Source: Salisapilia sapeloensis CBS 127946 (lineage: Eukaryota > Protista > Oomycota). From it: 58,496 nt of DNA. The notes beneath the pieces were generated by a model. The model was not told where the DNA came from, did no database searches, and saw only the letters and a list, made by a program, of their open reading frames with translations. Positions 1-10,368 of the stretch are shown piece by piece. The stretch's first letter is position 1. Every line of letters begins with the position of its first letter. The position numbers and the translations under genes were made by a program. The stretch is taken from the NCBI GenBank assembly GCA_023334545.1, contig JAADVB010000106.1, positions 1-58,496 on the forward strand, read 5' to 3'.

Positions 1-111
1 ATCGCTCTCGTGCACAAAGCGCTGCAGCGGCTGAACGATGCCTTCCGACTCATCACGCCGGACGCCATCATGCGCATCTACCGACAGCTAGAAGCTCAGG
101 ACCAAGCATGA
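1..111 (+). CDS. 3' end of a gene running in from the left edge (…IALVHKALQRLNDAFRLITPDAIMRIYRQLEAQDQA*), product unknown
   Basis: Frame 1 is open from base 1 to TGA at 109-111, with coding-like GC content; AT-richer sequence follows. Confidence 0.55.
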   Translation: MALVHKALQRLNDAFRLITPDAIMRIYRQLEAQDQA

Positions 112-287
112 ACATGTATATTCGGATAGATCCTAGTTTTATATACACATCCGCGAGGAGTCCTAGTCGTCCGGATATTCTGTATCGCTTTTCTTGACAG
201 TTGGCCTTGTGAAATGCGCATTTTATACTGAAAAGCTGTACCGCATCGGCGCCAAACGCATCGACGCCACAAGTTAATTAGAGACTT

Positions 288-2066
288 ATGACAATTCCTC
301 TGCAGACACCGGCCGGAACGGCACCTCCTGTCGTTGGTATCCTAGGCGGTGGCCAGTTGGGCCGTATGATGGCGCCTGCTGCCCACCGTCTAGGTGTGCA
401 GCTCTACGCGCTAGACCCTCAAGGCAGCGCCTCACCGTTCGGTCAGCTCGGCTATCCCTGCCTCGAAGGCAGTTTCGCCGACGAAGCCAAGTTGCAAGAG
501 CTTGCAAAGCACTGTGATGTGCTCACGGTTGAGATTGAGCACGTGAACGCTCAAGCCTTAAAAAAACTGCAGGACAGTGGGAGCGTCACGGTGCACCCTG
601 CGCCAGACACGATCGCTCTCATCCAAGATAAATTGCAGCAAAAGCGTTTCTTCCAGGACAAGTCTGGAGTGGAGGTCGCTCCATTCAGCCAAGTCTCCAG
701 TCTCGAGGACGCTCGTAAAGTTGGACAAGAGTATGGCTACCCTTACATGCTAAAGTCTCGACGCGACGCATACGATGGCAAAGGCAATGCCGTCGTCCAC
801 AGCGCGGACGACATGGAGTCTGCGTTCCAATCTCTCGGCATCAAGGACACTAGTGCCACCGACCTGCTCTTGTACGCTGAGAAGTGGGTGCCGTTCACGA
901 AAGAGCTGGCCGTCATGGTCGTCAAGCAGAACGACCAGGTGAAGGCGTATCCGGTGGTCGAGACTGCGCAGGAGAACAGCGTTTGTGCCACTGTCTTAGC
1001 TCCAGCTCAGTTCCAGAGCCAGTCGACGTACGACCAGGCGATTCACATGGCTCTGTCTGCCATTGATTGCCTCGAAGGCAACGGCATCTACGGCGTGGAG
1101 CTTTTTTTGACGGAGAACAACGGCGAGGAAAAAGTTTATTTGAATGAAATTGCCCCGAGGCCTCACAACTCTGGCCACTACACGATCGAAGCTTGTGCTA
1201 CGGACCAGTTCGAGCAGCACGTTCGTGCAGTGTCTGGTCTTCCGCTCGGCAGCTGCGACTTAAAGGTAGGCGCAAGTCTTATGGTGAACGTACTGGGCGA
1301 TCCGAGTGGACAGGAGAAGTCTTCCTTTGCCATCTTGCAGCAGAGTCTGACAATCCCTGGCGCTATTCCTCATTTTTACGGAAAGCAGGGCGTCCGACCT
1401 GGACGGAAACTTGGACACGTGACCTTGGTGGCTGACGACTTGGGAGAACTGCGCACGCGTGCTAGTCAGCTAGTGAAAAACGTCCCAGACACGACGCCAG
1501 GTGTGGCTTCCTTACGTCAAGTGACAGCGCTTCCGTCTCAAGATAATCTGGTAGGAGTCAAGGCTGGTGCCAAGGTTGGCATTGTCATGGGCTCCGACTC
1601 GGACCTGAGCACCATGCAGGCCGCAGCCAAGGTACTCGATCAGTTCGGTGTTCCTTATGAACTGACGATCGTGTCTGCCCATCGCACTGCCCATCGCATG
1701 TACCAGTACGCCGAGACGGCTGCTGCGAGAGGACTGCACGTGATCATTGCAGGAGCAGGTGGAGCTGCCCATTTGCCAGGCATGATCGCAGCCATCACGC
1801 CGTTGCCTGTGGTCGGTGTTCCTGTGAAAACGAGTACGTTGAATGGCGAGGACTCGCTTTTGAGCATCGTCCAGATGCCTCGAGGCGTTCCGGTGGCGAC
1901 TGTGGCCATTGGGAATGCCATGAACGCTGGTCTCTTGGCTGTGCGTATGCTTGGGGGCAAGTACACCGCCAAGATGCAGCAGTTCTTGGAAGACCAAAAG
2001 GCCGAGGTGGATGGAAAGATCGAGAAGCTAGCGTCCGTCGGCTGGGAGCAATACCTTGCTCAATAA
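288..2066 (+). CDS. ADE2: Phosphoribosylaminoimidazole carboxylase, PurK (ATP-grasp)-PurE fusion
   Basis: Intronless 592-aa ORF. PurK motifs: [31 protein letters not shown]. PurE motifs: [41 protein letters not shown]. Confidence 0.97.
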   Translation: MTIPLQTPAGTAPPVVGILGGGQLGRMMAPAAHRLGVQLYALDPQGSASPFGQLGYPCLEGSFADEAKLQELAKHCDVLTVEIEHVNAQALKKLQDSGSVTVHPAPDTIALIQDKLQQKRFFQDKSGVEVAPFSQVSSLEDARKVGQEYGYPYMLKSRRDAYDGKGNAVVHSADDMESAFQSLGIKDTSATDLLLYAEKWVPFTKELAVMVVKQNDQVKAYPVVETAQENSVCATVLAPAQFQSQSTYDQAIHMALSAIDCLEGNGIYGVELFLTENNGEEKVYLNEIAPRPHNSGHYTIEACATDQFEQHVRAVSGLPLGSCDLKVGASLMVNVLGDPSGQEKSSFAILQQSLTIPGAIPHFYGKQGVRPGRKLGHVTLVADDLGELRTRASQLVKNVPDTTPGVASLRQVTALPSQDNLVGVKAGAKVGIVMGSDSDLSTMQAAAKVLDQFGVPYELTIVSAHRTAHRMYQYAETAAARGLHVIIAGAGGAAHLPGMIAAITPLPVVGVPVKTSTLNGEDSLLSIVQMPRGVPVATVAIGNAMNAGLLAVRMLGGKYTAKMQQFLEDQKAEVDGKIEKLASVGWEQYLAQ

Positions 2067-2959
2067 AAACCTTTGAGCGTATACGCCTGTGGCTGTCTTT
2101 CGTTTAGTTTGCATGAGCAGATCGTATCGGGTGCGTTCGAAGGAAGGTGGAGTGTCATTTCGTAGTGTGCATGGTTGTGTGCAAGACGCGCTGTCGTTTT
2201 GGCTCATGGAAGCTATGGTAAGCTAGCTTTTGGACATGCTACTTTTATATTTTCTAGGGTACATTTGCCTCTTATGCTCTCAATATTCCAGTTGGGATTG
2301 ATTCTATTGTCCATGGTGGACGGATAGAACGTAGTACACTTGTTGATGTTCCACCGCCTATTTCCACTGTCTGTCTATATCAGACCTGACGCAGGATACG
2401 CAGGCGGATGGAAAAACACGCAGTACGTTCGATTTTTCTCCTTGAAGCCAATTTTGTCGGGTTTCGACAGTACTAGATAATATGCAAAGCTATTTTTAAA
2501 GCGACAGTTCGATTACACGGACGCTGTCGGAAATCCTGTAATCTAGAGGAACACGAGAACCTTGGCGACATCAAAGAGAGTCCTCTTTTCTTTCGGCGGA
2601 CTTGAACTAGATCTCGTCTCCCAATCACGTTGCAGCCTCCAGGTATCTTGACCAGCTGGTTGGGTCCTCTGATTCTCACTATAGCCGAGGCTCGCGGTAC
2701 ATGTTGCAAAAGACCGAAGCGTGAAAGCGAAGAGGCAGGCTTCCAGTCCAATCATTTTGACTGGAGGATCTCAAAGCGTCTTCTCATTTTCTCAAGACTT
2801 GCCGGTGAAGAAACCCATCGAGGTATGTTGTTCTCCTTAACTTTATCCTACTCGACGTACGCGTCATCCGGTGCGTTAAAAGCTCTCCAGTTGCTTTCCG
2901 CGCACCTTTACGCGAAATACCTTAAACGGCAACTTGCCCGTTCTTTCCATCTTCAACAA

Positions 2960-2975
2960 GCTCATTTCTCTTCTT
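2960..2975 (+). promoter_or_regulatory. Oomycete Inr/FPR-like core promoter (GCTCATTTCTCTTCTT)
   Basis: One mismatch to GCTCATTYBNNNWTTY, about 40 nt upstream of the ATG at 3003. Confidence 0.5.
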
Positions 2976-3002
2976 GCAGCCTAGAGCACAATCGAATCAG
3001 CC

Positions 3003-3458
3003 ATGGACTCGGACAATCGTAAATGCCACAACTGCGGAAACGTCGGACACATCCGTCGCGAATGCCCGGAAGCCCCCGCCCAGGAGGGATACGGCTACAG
3101 TAACTCGGGCTCCGCCTGCTTCACGTGCGGCAAGTTCGGCCACCTCAAGCGCGATTGCCCGAGCGGCGGATCTGCTCGCGCCTGCCACAACTGCGGTAAC
3201 GTCGGCCACCTCCGTCGTGACTGCCCAGAAGAGGCCATGCCGCCCAAGTGCCACAACTGCGGCAACACGGGCCACCTCCGTCGCGAGTGCCCGGACGAGA
3301 TCCGTGAGAACCGCAAATGCCACTTCTGCGGCAACGTCGGCCACTTGCGTCGTGACTGCCCGGAGGACAGCAACGGCACGACGGCGGACAAGTGCTACCA
3401 GTGCGGTGAACTCGGCCACTGGGCGCGTAACTGCACTGCCAGCGGTGTGACTGCCTAA
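3003..3458 (+). CDS. CNBP: CNBP/Gis2/Byr3-like CCHC zinc-knuckle nucleic-acid-binding protein (six knuckles)
   Basis: Six C-x2-C-x4-H-x4-C repeats, e.g. CHNCGNVGHIRREC and CYQCGELGHWARNC. No gag or RT context. Confidence 0.85.
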   Translation: MDSDNRKCHNCGNVGHIRRECPEAPAQEGYGYSNSGSACFTCGKFGHLKRDCPSGGSARACHNCGNVGHLRRDCPEEAMPPKCHNCGNTGHLRRECPDEIRENRKCHFCGNVGHLRRDCPEDSNGTTADKCYQCGELGHWARNCTASGVTA

Positions 3459-3846
3459 GAGTGGTAGGTCACTGACGAAGACAAGGACTGTGAGGGGAGA
3501 GAGGAAGACGAGATGATGAAACGAAACGGGAAGCGGAAGGGATGGCGAACGGAAGGAGCGGTATTTTGGAATGCGTGACGGAAGGGAAGATCTCTTTGTG
3601 TACCAGTAATTTTCTTTACCCCCGCAATGCACAGAACAGAAAACGAAAAGAAAGAATCAGAGACTTAGCTGCGTATTCATTTCCAAAACGCTTGTGTTGT
3701 CTTGCTTTCGGTGGTAGTGACAAAGGTTTATACTCGTAGTGGAAGGATCAAAACAACAAGTAGACGTATGAAAAAGGAAATGAAGCAGTCTGCTCTTGTT
3801 TATTCTGGCACCCTCTTTAGTTTCAAGACACACACCATGTCTGTGT

Positions 3847-4138
3847 TTAAACTGCTGCTTCTGCCTCCAAAATCTCCCGCTCCTTCGCCAGTTTCGCAAA
3901 CTTCCGGTCGCGAGCGTACATCATGCGGTCAAAGTCGGTGATGCTCACGAGCTTGGTCTACACCACCGAAAAGCCATACAATTAAATACACCACTCTTAT
4001 CCTTGGTCAAACACGCCAAAAAGTCCGTACCTGCATCTCGTTACGCGCCTGCCACTTGTTCACAGCTCCGAGACCGAGGCCCATGGCCGTGAAGCCGACG
4101 CTGATGATGATCATGCCCGGGAGCACTTGGTACGGCAT
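3847..4138 (-). CDS. NDUFA1: NADH dehydrogenase complex I subunit MWFE (2 exons; intron 3958-4030)
   Basis: Exon 1 MPYQVLPGMIIISVGFTAMGLGLGAVNKWQARNEMQ is joined through a 73-nt GTACGG…TAG intron to TKLVSITDFDRMMYARDRKF…AAV*. The hydrophobic N-terminus and MM-x-RD-x-K pattern are typical of NDUFA1. Confidence 0.8.
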
Positions 4139-4320
4139 CTTCGCTTGCTCTCTTACTGCGTTTTGTGCCCCACGCTTGCTTTTGAGCACCTTCGCACAAC
4201 ATACTACTACAGCAACCTCCAGCGGAAATGTTGCCGTGGACATCAAAATAGAAAACTCGCGCGCACTCCAACGAGCTGCTTGGCCGTCCTCACGCTCGAC
4301 ACAAGGACATTCGAGATAGT

Positions 4321-7300
4321 ATGGCCACGCAGAAGGACTCGGATGGACATGCTGCAACGAATGGATGTCGCAAGAATGCTGCAACACGGTCCAAGTACGA
4401 CACGTTGGCGGATGACAAGCGACAGAGGAGCAAGGTGTCGGATTCACGACCAAAGTCGTACAAGCGGCCGAGATCTAGGGAAGATGAGGAATTGAGCAGG
4501 CAGAGAAGGAGACTGAGTGGAGAGCATGGTAAGGAAAATGCTCTACCGGAGACGCATAGAACACACAAAAGTCCAGAGAAGAGAAAGTTGTCGTCTTCAA
4601 CCACGCGAGTACAGAAAGATGAAAGTAGCCAAGCTAGTGCATTGCACAAGCGACAGAAAGGCAATAGAAATAGCAATGGAAAGACCCAAAGAAGGTATAG
4701 TGGATACGTGGATGAGATCGTCGCGAGCTCTCCCATAAGTGATGAGGACGTCGTTTTAGGCAGTGGCCAGAGCGCGGATACGCGGGTGTCCATGTCATTT
4801 TTTGCTACTGCAGGTGGGAAAAAGATCTCAGTTGATCGAGAAACTTTCGTCTCGCGCAACAAAATACAGAAAGACTTAAATACGAAGAAGGCTCGAAATA
4901 CTACAAAATTAATAGGAGCACAGGGAGATCAGAAGGTGTCCAATGTGCAATTAAAAGGTCCTAAAACGGCACCTTCAACGTCTGATGCACCCAAAACCAT
5001 GATTAGTGCGTTTTCAACTGCGAAAGGGAACGCTGTCTCGGTATCGACTTCCTCGCTGCATCACTATGCCTCGTTGGAAACAGAAGCTATACCTTCAAAG
5101 CCTCCGCCAGTTCAAAAACCAATGACTTTAAGTGCAAATGAGACGTCGAGCCTCTTCCAGACAGCAAAAGGCAACTCTATCGCTATTTCCAAAGCAAAAT
5201 TGAAGCAGTATGAAGAAAAGCTTTCTGATGAACCACCTCTTTCATCAAAGCAACCAACAGGACAAGAATCCAAGTCCAAATCAGTTCCAAGTCTTTTTTC
5301 GACCGGGTCTGGGAAACAGGTATCGATATCAAAAGATCAAATTGATCGATACGAACGCAAGTTAAACGTTCACCCAGCTAGTAACGACACAGCTGCACCG
5401 TCATTATTTCAAACAGGTTCAGGCAAGTCCGTAAGTATTTCCAAGTCGGCCTTGAAAAAGTATGAAGCTCAATTCGAGGCAAACGACTCCGACGTTCAAA
5501 GCAGGGCTGTGGAGGCGCCAAATCAGTCGGTGGAGGCACCAAGCTCCAAAAGGGATACTACAGTGGCGTCACTGTTTCAGACAGCAAGAAATAAGAGCGT
5601 CCACGTTGCAAAGTCCAAAGTTGACTTTTACAGTAGCATGTTACGAAAGGACAAAGAATTAAATGCGAGTCCGCCGTCTATCACAAAGATCGAGAAAGCT
5701 ACAATTAGTCCGAGCGAGTCCCGTCCAGAAGCAAAAGCGCAATCTAAGATCGCATCTCGTCTTCAAAAGTCACCGAAGAAAGCCAAGAGTGGTACTATCT
5801 ATCCTCGTCGTCACGGAGCTGCTCCTTTCGTCCCTCCCAAACCGCATTTGACCAAGAGTGCCCGACGTTTAGATACGGACACACCCGCTTCTCAACCAAC
5901 AAATGACGTTCGCGCACCATTTCCTTATGTGGAGACGATGCGGATCTCTCTTGGCCACTTGAGAAAGTTATCTCCATCGTCACCTCCGTCCTCTCCTCAC
6001 GTGACCTTTTTGACTTTTATCACCATCCAGAACGCAAGCAACGTCGTCTTTAAGGTCAACAGCACAGAAGTTTCCTTCTCTACGACCGACATTGCAAACT
6101 CCAGTGAATGGGAGGGAGTGAGAGAACTGTACGACGGAATGATATCGAAGAAACAGCTATTGGAGAAAGATGGCGCTTCATTCGCGTGGTTCCGTCATCA
6201 CTTTCAGCTCATCGTGCTCAAGTGTGCTCGTACGGAATTATTGAACCACACTCTTTTGCTCCATACGTACTTGACGAAAGACCAAGTGTTGTACCAAATC
6301 CATAAACGGTATCATCAAGAACTAGTCAAGAGTCAACGATCAATCCTGAAGAAAGTAATGCAGACGGACCATCGAGCTGGTGACTGTTTCGTTCTGCAAG
6401 TCGTGCTAGTCCTCTTTCCAGACGAAAGCCACGCAGATGCTCCAATCGCTCTCGTGCTTTCAGATGGGTGGCATCTAGTCTACGCTCTACCTGACGCTAC
6501 ACTCTCCATCCCTCTCGCTCGGCAGTGCCACAACCTACTCTTCCAAAAGTTGGTCGTCTGGAATGCAACTCTAGAAAACGCTTCAGACGGCATAGACCCT
6601 TTCGAGACTGCTCTGTATCAAGACGACGTGTGGGTACACCCGCGCCTGAAGGGCTCTCCACCCATCTTGCGTCTCTCATCGAATGGCACTCGACCAGCGT
6701 CTCGAGACGCTCCTCTAGGACTCGAGACGCTGGTGAAGAGAGGAAAGGAGCTGGAGTTTACCTGGCTCAAGAGTCTTCCTCTCCATACGCTCCATCAGGA
6801 CGGTGGACTCGTGCGCTCGATCAAGGTCAAGGTGGAGAGAGTGTCGCCTCTCCTGTACCTTCAGCAGAAGCACGTCGTGATGGGCCCTCGAGTCCTCAGT
6901 GCCGACCAACTGGATGCATACTTGGACTTACGATCCGAGTGTCTTGAAACGCTTGTGGGGAAAAGGATGGATGTGGAGAAAGCAAAGGAGTTGTTTCCTC
7001 CTCCTGTCCCGTTCATCAAGGTGAATGTTACCTGCCGACATGCGAATGGAAGGGCGAGAGGAGAAGTGACGATCTGGAGACCACCGATGGACGTGTTGAT
7101 AGAGGCTGGACAAGAGTACTACATGTCTCACTTGAAAGTGACGTACAAGACCAATGATGGAGACGACTGTTTTGTACGACTAGGCACGACTCGGTCGTCT
7201 CGATTGGACAAAACTGGAGAAAAGGAAACCTGTCAAGAAGAGATGACGATTCAAAATGCTGTACGGCATATCGCTGGAGACGTGGAAAAGCGAACGAAAA

Positions 7301-7974
7301 TGGGGGAAAGAGTAGCGATTGACCTCTCGTGTGTCGTGCTAACAGCATCCGACTTATATTCTGTGCCCTTATCTTCCTTCCCAACCTGGACAGACGAAAA
7401 TGTCGTGGACACCTTGGGCGTAGTCGTGGAAGAACAGGAACGATCTGTCATGGTGACAGACTCGTCCGGTCACGTCATGAGTGTTACTGTCCCTCACTAC
7501 ATGATCTCTCTACCTCGTCAGTCCAAGTCAAGCCGATTCGAATTGTCTAGAGGCTCAAAGCTGTGGCAGGAAAAGCAGCCAGTGCTTTTAAAAGGAGTCG
7601 ACATCGTAGGCTACGACGTCGGCATGGGGATTCTACGAGCAGAAGTGACTGCATCGACTATGATCTCTCCTAGCAGTACCAGCGTGAATGAGGAGCAATG
7701 GTACAAAGTCCAGGAGCGAGTGTGCTGTCAAATCATGCAAGAGACTCAGGTGAGCAGCATCTCTGGCTGCGTCATCCGGCTGTTGTCCCTCCCATCGTCC
7801 GACAGCGTGGTCGCGACTGCATTTATCCAGCCGACATCCGGACAAGATCAAGTGCAGGTGCATATCCAACGTCAGCACCTGCACACTCTCTCGACGTCCT
7901 CAGCCGACCAGACTTTTGTCTTTCGAGTCGAGACGAGAGGTTCATCACCTCCTGTCCTCATCCACCTCGAGTGA
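4321..7974 (+). CDS. BRCA2: BRCA2 homolog (BRC repeats, helical domain and OB folds)
   Basis: 1217-aa ORF with six F-x-T-[AG]-x-G/N-K-like repeats. DNA-binding-domain motifs: WFRHHFQLIVLK, LSDGWHLV (cf. LTDGWY), LRLSSNGTRPA, LHQDGGLV…VERVSPLLY. Confidence 0.92.
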   Translation: MATQKDSDGHAATNGCRKNAATRSKYDTLADDKRQRSKVSDSRPKSYKRPRSREDEELSRQRRRLSGEHGKENALPETHRTHKSPEKRKLSSSTTRVQKDESSQASALHKRQKGNRNSNGKTQRRYSGYVDEIVASSPISDEDVVLGSGQSADTRVSMSFFATAGGKKISVDRETFVSRNKIQKDLNTKKARNTTKLIGAQGDQKVSNVQLKGPKTAPSTSDAPKTMISAFSTAKGNAVSVSTSSLHHYASLETEAIPSKPPPVQKPMTLSANETSSLFQTAKGNSIAISKAKLKQYEEKLSDEPPLSSKQPTGQESKSKSVPSLFSTGSGKQVSISKDQIDRYERKLNVHPASNDTAAPSLFQTGSGKSVSISKSALKKYEAQFEANDSDVQSRAVEAPNQSVEAPSSKRDTTVASLFQTARNKSVHVAKSKVDFYSSMLRKDKELNASPPSITKIEKATISPSESRPEAKAQSKIASRLQKSPKKAKSGTIYPRRHGAAPFVPPKPHLTKSARRLDTDTPASQPTNDVRAPFPYVETMRISLGHLRKLSPSSPPSSPHVTFLTFITIQNASNVVFKVNSTEVSFSTTDIANSSEWEGVRELYDGMISKKQLLEKDGASFAWFRHHFQLIVLKCARTELLNHTLLLHTYLTKDQVLYQIHKRYHQELVKSQRSILKKVMQTDHRAGDCFVLQVVLVLFPDESHADAPIALVLSDGWHLVYALPDATLSIPLARQCHNLLFQKLVVWNATLENASDGIDPFETALYQDDVWVHPRLKGSPPILRLSSNGTRPASRDAPLGLETLVKRGKELEFTWLKSLPLHTLHQDGGLVRSIKVKVERVSPLLYLQQKHVVMGPRVLSADQLDAYLDLRSECLETLVGKRMDVEKAKELFPPPVPFIKVNVTCRHANGRARGEVTIWRPPMDVLIEAGQEYYMSHLKVTYKTNDGDDCFVRLGTTRSSRLDKTGEKETCQEEMTIQNAVRHIAGDVEKRTKMGERVAIDLSCVVLTASDLYSVPLSSFPTWTDENVVDTLGVVVEEQERSVMVTDSSGHVMSVTVPHYMISLPRQSKSSRFELSRGSKLWQEKQPVLLKGVDIVGYDVGMGILRAEVTASTMISPSSTSVNEEQWYKVQERVCCQIMQETQVSSISGCVIRLLSLPSSDSVVATAFIQPTSGQDQVQVHIQRQHLHTLSTSSADQTFVFRVETRGSSPPVLIHLE
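4801..5650 (+). repeat. Six BRC-like peptide repeats within BRCA2
   Basis: Phe codons at 4801 (FATAGGK), 5011 (FSTAKGN), 5155 (FQTAKGN), 5296 (FSTGSGK), 5407 (FQTGSGK) and 5575 (FQTARNK), each followed by x-[IV]-x-[IV]-[SAD]. Confidence 0.85.
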
Positions 7975-8017
7975 TCTATTTATATCCTCCCACTTCTTCC
8001 TTCCGCTCCATTTCGAA

Positions 8018-8437
8018 ATGAGCAAGAGGAGAGACAAGTATCTGCAGGAGAGGGAAGCAGGATTTACTCTCCAAGGTCTGCATAAGACACCTCCACCTTC
8101 CTACAATGCCCTCATGGATCGGAATCTTCGACAGCACTTTGAGAACAAGCGAGTGCAGACGCAGCTGCAGGAACTGGGGCTTGTGGACGCAAAAGGACGC
8201 ATCGTGAACGTGGAGAAGCACAACGCCCGACTGGCGATCGTCGAGCAGGAGTTTCGGAAGGCAGAGGAGAGCGAGCGGAAGAAGGAACGGGAGGAACTCG
8301 AGGTCCGCAGACGAGTGCAGCAGATGCGTCACGACAAGCTGCATGAAGCGCGTCGACTGGAGCGACTGGAGCAGATCAAGGACGACCGTCGCGTCGGGAA
8401 GGAGATCGTGAAGGCAGCTCGTAGCTACGCCATCTAG
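8018..8437 (+). CDS. Small protein resembling the N-terminal domain of the ciliary protein ERICH3, followed by a coiled coil
   Basis: ATG at 8018. YNALMDRNLRQHFENKRVQTQLQELGLVDAKGRI resembles the recalled ERICH3 segment YNSLMDKHLAGYFNNTRIRRHLLRSGLITRSGRI. Confidence 0.6.
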   Translation: MSKRRDKYLQEREAGFTLQGLHKTPPPSYNALMDRNLRQHFENKRVQTQLQELGLVDAKGRIVNVEKHNARLAIVEQEFRKAEESERKKEREELEVRRRVQQMRHDKLHEARRLERLEQIKDDRRVGKEIVKAARSYAI

Positions 8438-8472
8438 TGGTCTCGACTCGTTTATATATTAGTTACAAGCTA

Positions 8473-10368
8473 TCAACTCAACGCCTTGAATTTCTTTATG
8501 CTTGCGTCGTACTCTTGTTCAAAATCGAACGCCATGTCCGTCTCGGTGTTCCATCCTCGGCAGACGTGCCAAAAGTTCCGGAGACACCCGTCGTCATATG
8601 GATTCACAAACGCCTCCGTCTCGAAGCCTCTCGTCTTGAGGTAGCTGTACTTGTCCATGTTGAACGTCTCGTTCGTTGTCAAGTTCCGACGTACGTTACG
8701 CAGCTGGAGGACGAGCAGTGTCATCGTCGGCATCCCGAACAGCAGCGAGAGGAGCAAAAGACCGATGTGGATGCCATAAAGCACCCAGTCGGACGCTATC
8801 ACGTGCGTATAGTCCATAGACGACACACCGTTCGAAGGCATGTCACTGCGCAAGGACACGTACCCTACGAGCACCAGCATGGACATGGCTGCGATCGAAA
8901 GGCAGTAACATCCGAGCGATGCTAGAAAGCACAGAAAGACGCCGTGGTTGCGGACGCCGACGCAGTTGTTGATCCAAGGACAGTGGTGGTCGAAGCGGTA
9001 GACACAGCGGTTGCACGTCGCGCAGTGCTTGGACCTACGAGGTTTTGCTGTCACGCACGTCGGGCAAGGAGGTACAATCTCTCCCTCTTCTTCACTTATC
9101 GACAGCACCTCGTGCATCGGTTCGTCCGTCCGAGGCACATACCCTGGATCCTTTAGCCACACCGCCAGGTAGAAGCAAGCCATGAGCACGAACAGCACCA
9201 ATGTACACCTGACGTACACCTCTGGACGGCTTAAACACGGCGCCGTCAGGGTCACAAAGGCAGCTTCCGCGACGGCCGTCATCACGACAAAGAAGACCGC
9301 TGCGCCGCCTCGTCTCGACACACGCGCCACATACCTGTCGGAGCTTCCAGACTTGATGGCACGGAGAGTCGCGTACTGCCCCCCGTGCTTGGCAATGTCC
9401 AAGGCACTGCGACCGAAGCGATCTTTGACATACATCGGCGCTCCTTCCACCACGAGTTGCTTCGCCAAGAACGAGTCGCCCAAGGCGCTTGCGATCATCA
9501 GTGGTGTCTGACCCTCGCTGTCGCCAATGTCCTGTCTGGCGCCTTGCCCCACGAGCCATATTGCGGCGTACTGGAAACCCTCGAAGACTGCCCAGTGCAA
9601 TGCCGTTGCGCCTCGAGCGTCTCGTTCGTCAATGTCCTGGGCGTTCTGGAGGAAGAGCGCCATGACAGCAGCATTACCAGTGCTCGCGGCGTAGTGGAAG
9701 GCGGACATGCCGGATGCATTTCGGATCGTCAAGTCTGCTCCGGCAGACAAGAGAAGGGAGGCCGTGGGAACGGATGACGCTAACATCAAAGGAGTGGCTC
9801 GGTGCTTGGAGTCCGCACAAGCACAGTCGACTACGAGGGACGGGTGATAGTACTGGAAGCAGTAGCGGCGGCAGGAGAATAGGAGCACGTCCAATATGCG
9901 AGGAAAGTCATACAGTGTCGCGAGGTGGATGGCGCTCATACCGCTCGATGGTGACAATGTCGTGACGAGCATGAGCAGTCTCTTGGCTGCCGTCTTCGGA
10001 GGCGTTGGCGTCGAGCCTTCCCGATTCAGAATGAGAGAGACGGATCGCTCCACCGCTTCGACGTCTCCTGTCGTGCACGCGTCGCAGAGGATAGCGGAAG
10101 GCGTCGTGACTTCCTCCACTGACGCACTCGTACTGCTTTCATCATCTAGTCGACTGCTCTCGGCCTCACTAGCTCCATTCTGTCGTGCTGATCTTTGGTG
10201 GTCGCCATCGTAGCCGGCAGAAGGCGTGTTCCCAAAAGCGCTGGACGACGGAGAGTCGATGACGTAGGACGCATTTAAAAGCTCGACGGTGTTGACATCT
10301 CTGCTCTGGTGCTTCTCGTCCCCCGTGATGAGCGGCGTCAACTCGGTCACGTGTCCAGGCGACGCCAT
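8473..10368 (-). CDS. AKR1: Ankyrin-repeat DHHC palmitoyltransferase (AKR1/ZDHHC13/17 type)
   Basis: Ankyrin repeats (GATALHWAV, GQTPLMIA), TM helices and a DHHC Cys-rich domain (CPTC…RSKHCATCNRCVYRFDHHCPWINNCVG). First ATG at 10368. Confidence 0.93.
   Translation of the reverse strand: MASPGHVTELTPLITGDEKHQSRDVNTVELLNASYVIDSPSSSAFGNTPSAGYDGDHQRSARQNGASEAESSRLDDESSTSASVEEVTTPSAILCDACTTGDVEAVERSVSLILNREGSTPTPPKTAAKRLLMLVTTLSPSSGMSAIHLATLYDFPRILDVLLFSCRRYCFQYYHPSLVVDCACADSKHRATPLMLASSVPTASLLLSAGADLTIRNASGMSAFHYAASTGNAAVMALFLQNAQDIDERDARGATALHWAVFEGFQYAAIWLVGQGARQDIGDSEGQTPLMIASALGDSFLAKQLVVEGAPMYVKDRFGRSALDIAKHGGQYATLRAIKSGSSDRYVARVSRRGGAAVFFVVMTAVAEAAFVTLTAPCLSRPEVYVRCTLVLFVLMACFYLAVWLKDPGYVPRTDEPMHEVLSISEEEGEIVPPCPTCVTAKPRRSKHCATCNRCVYRFDHHCPWINNCVGVRNHGVFLCFLASLGCYCLSIAAMSMLVLVGYVSLRSDMPSNGVSSMDYTHVIASDWVLYGIHIGLLLLSLLFGMPTMTLLVLQLRNVRRNLTTNETFNMDKYSYLKTRGFETEAFVNPYDDGCLRNFWHVCRGWNTETDMAFDFEQEYDASIKKFKALS

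Noticed and set aside
2473-3022. Short ORFs between ADE2 and the CCHC gene
   Set aside because: No in-frame ATG context or recognisable motifs; frames are interrupted by stops.
3003-3458. Zinc knuckles as a retrotransposon gag remnant
   Set aside because: Six tandem knuckles with no capsid, protease, RT or LTRs fit a cellular CNBP-like gene.
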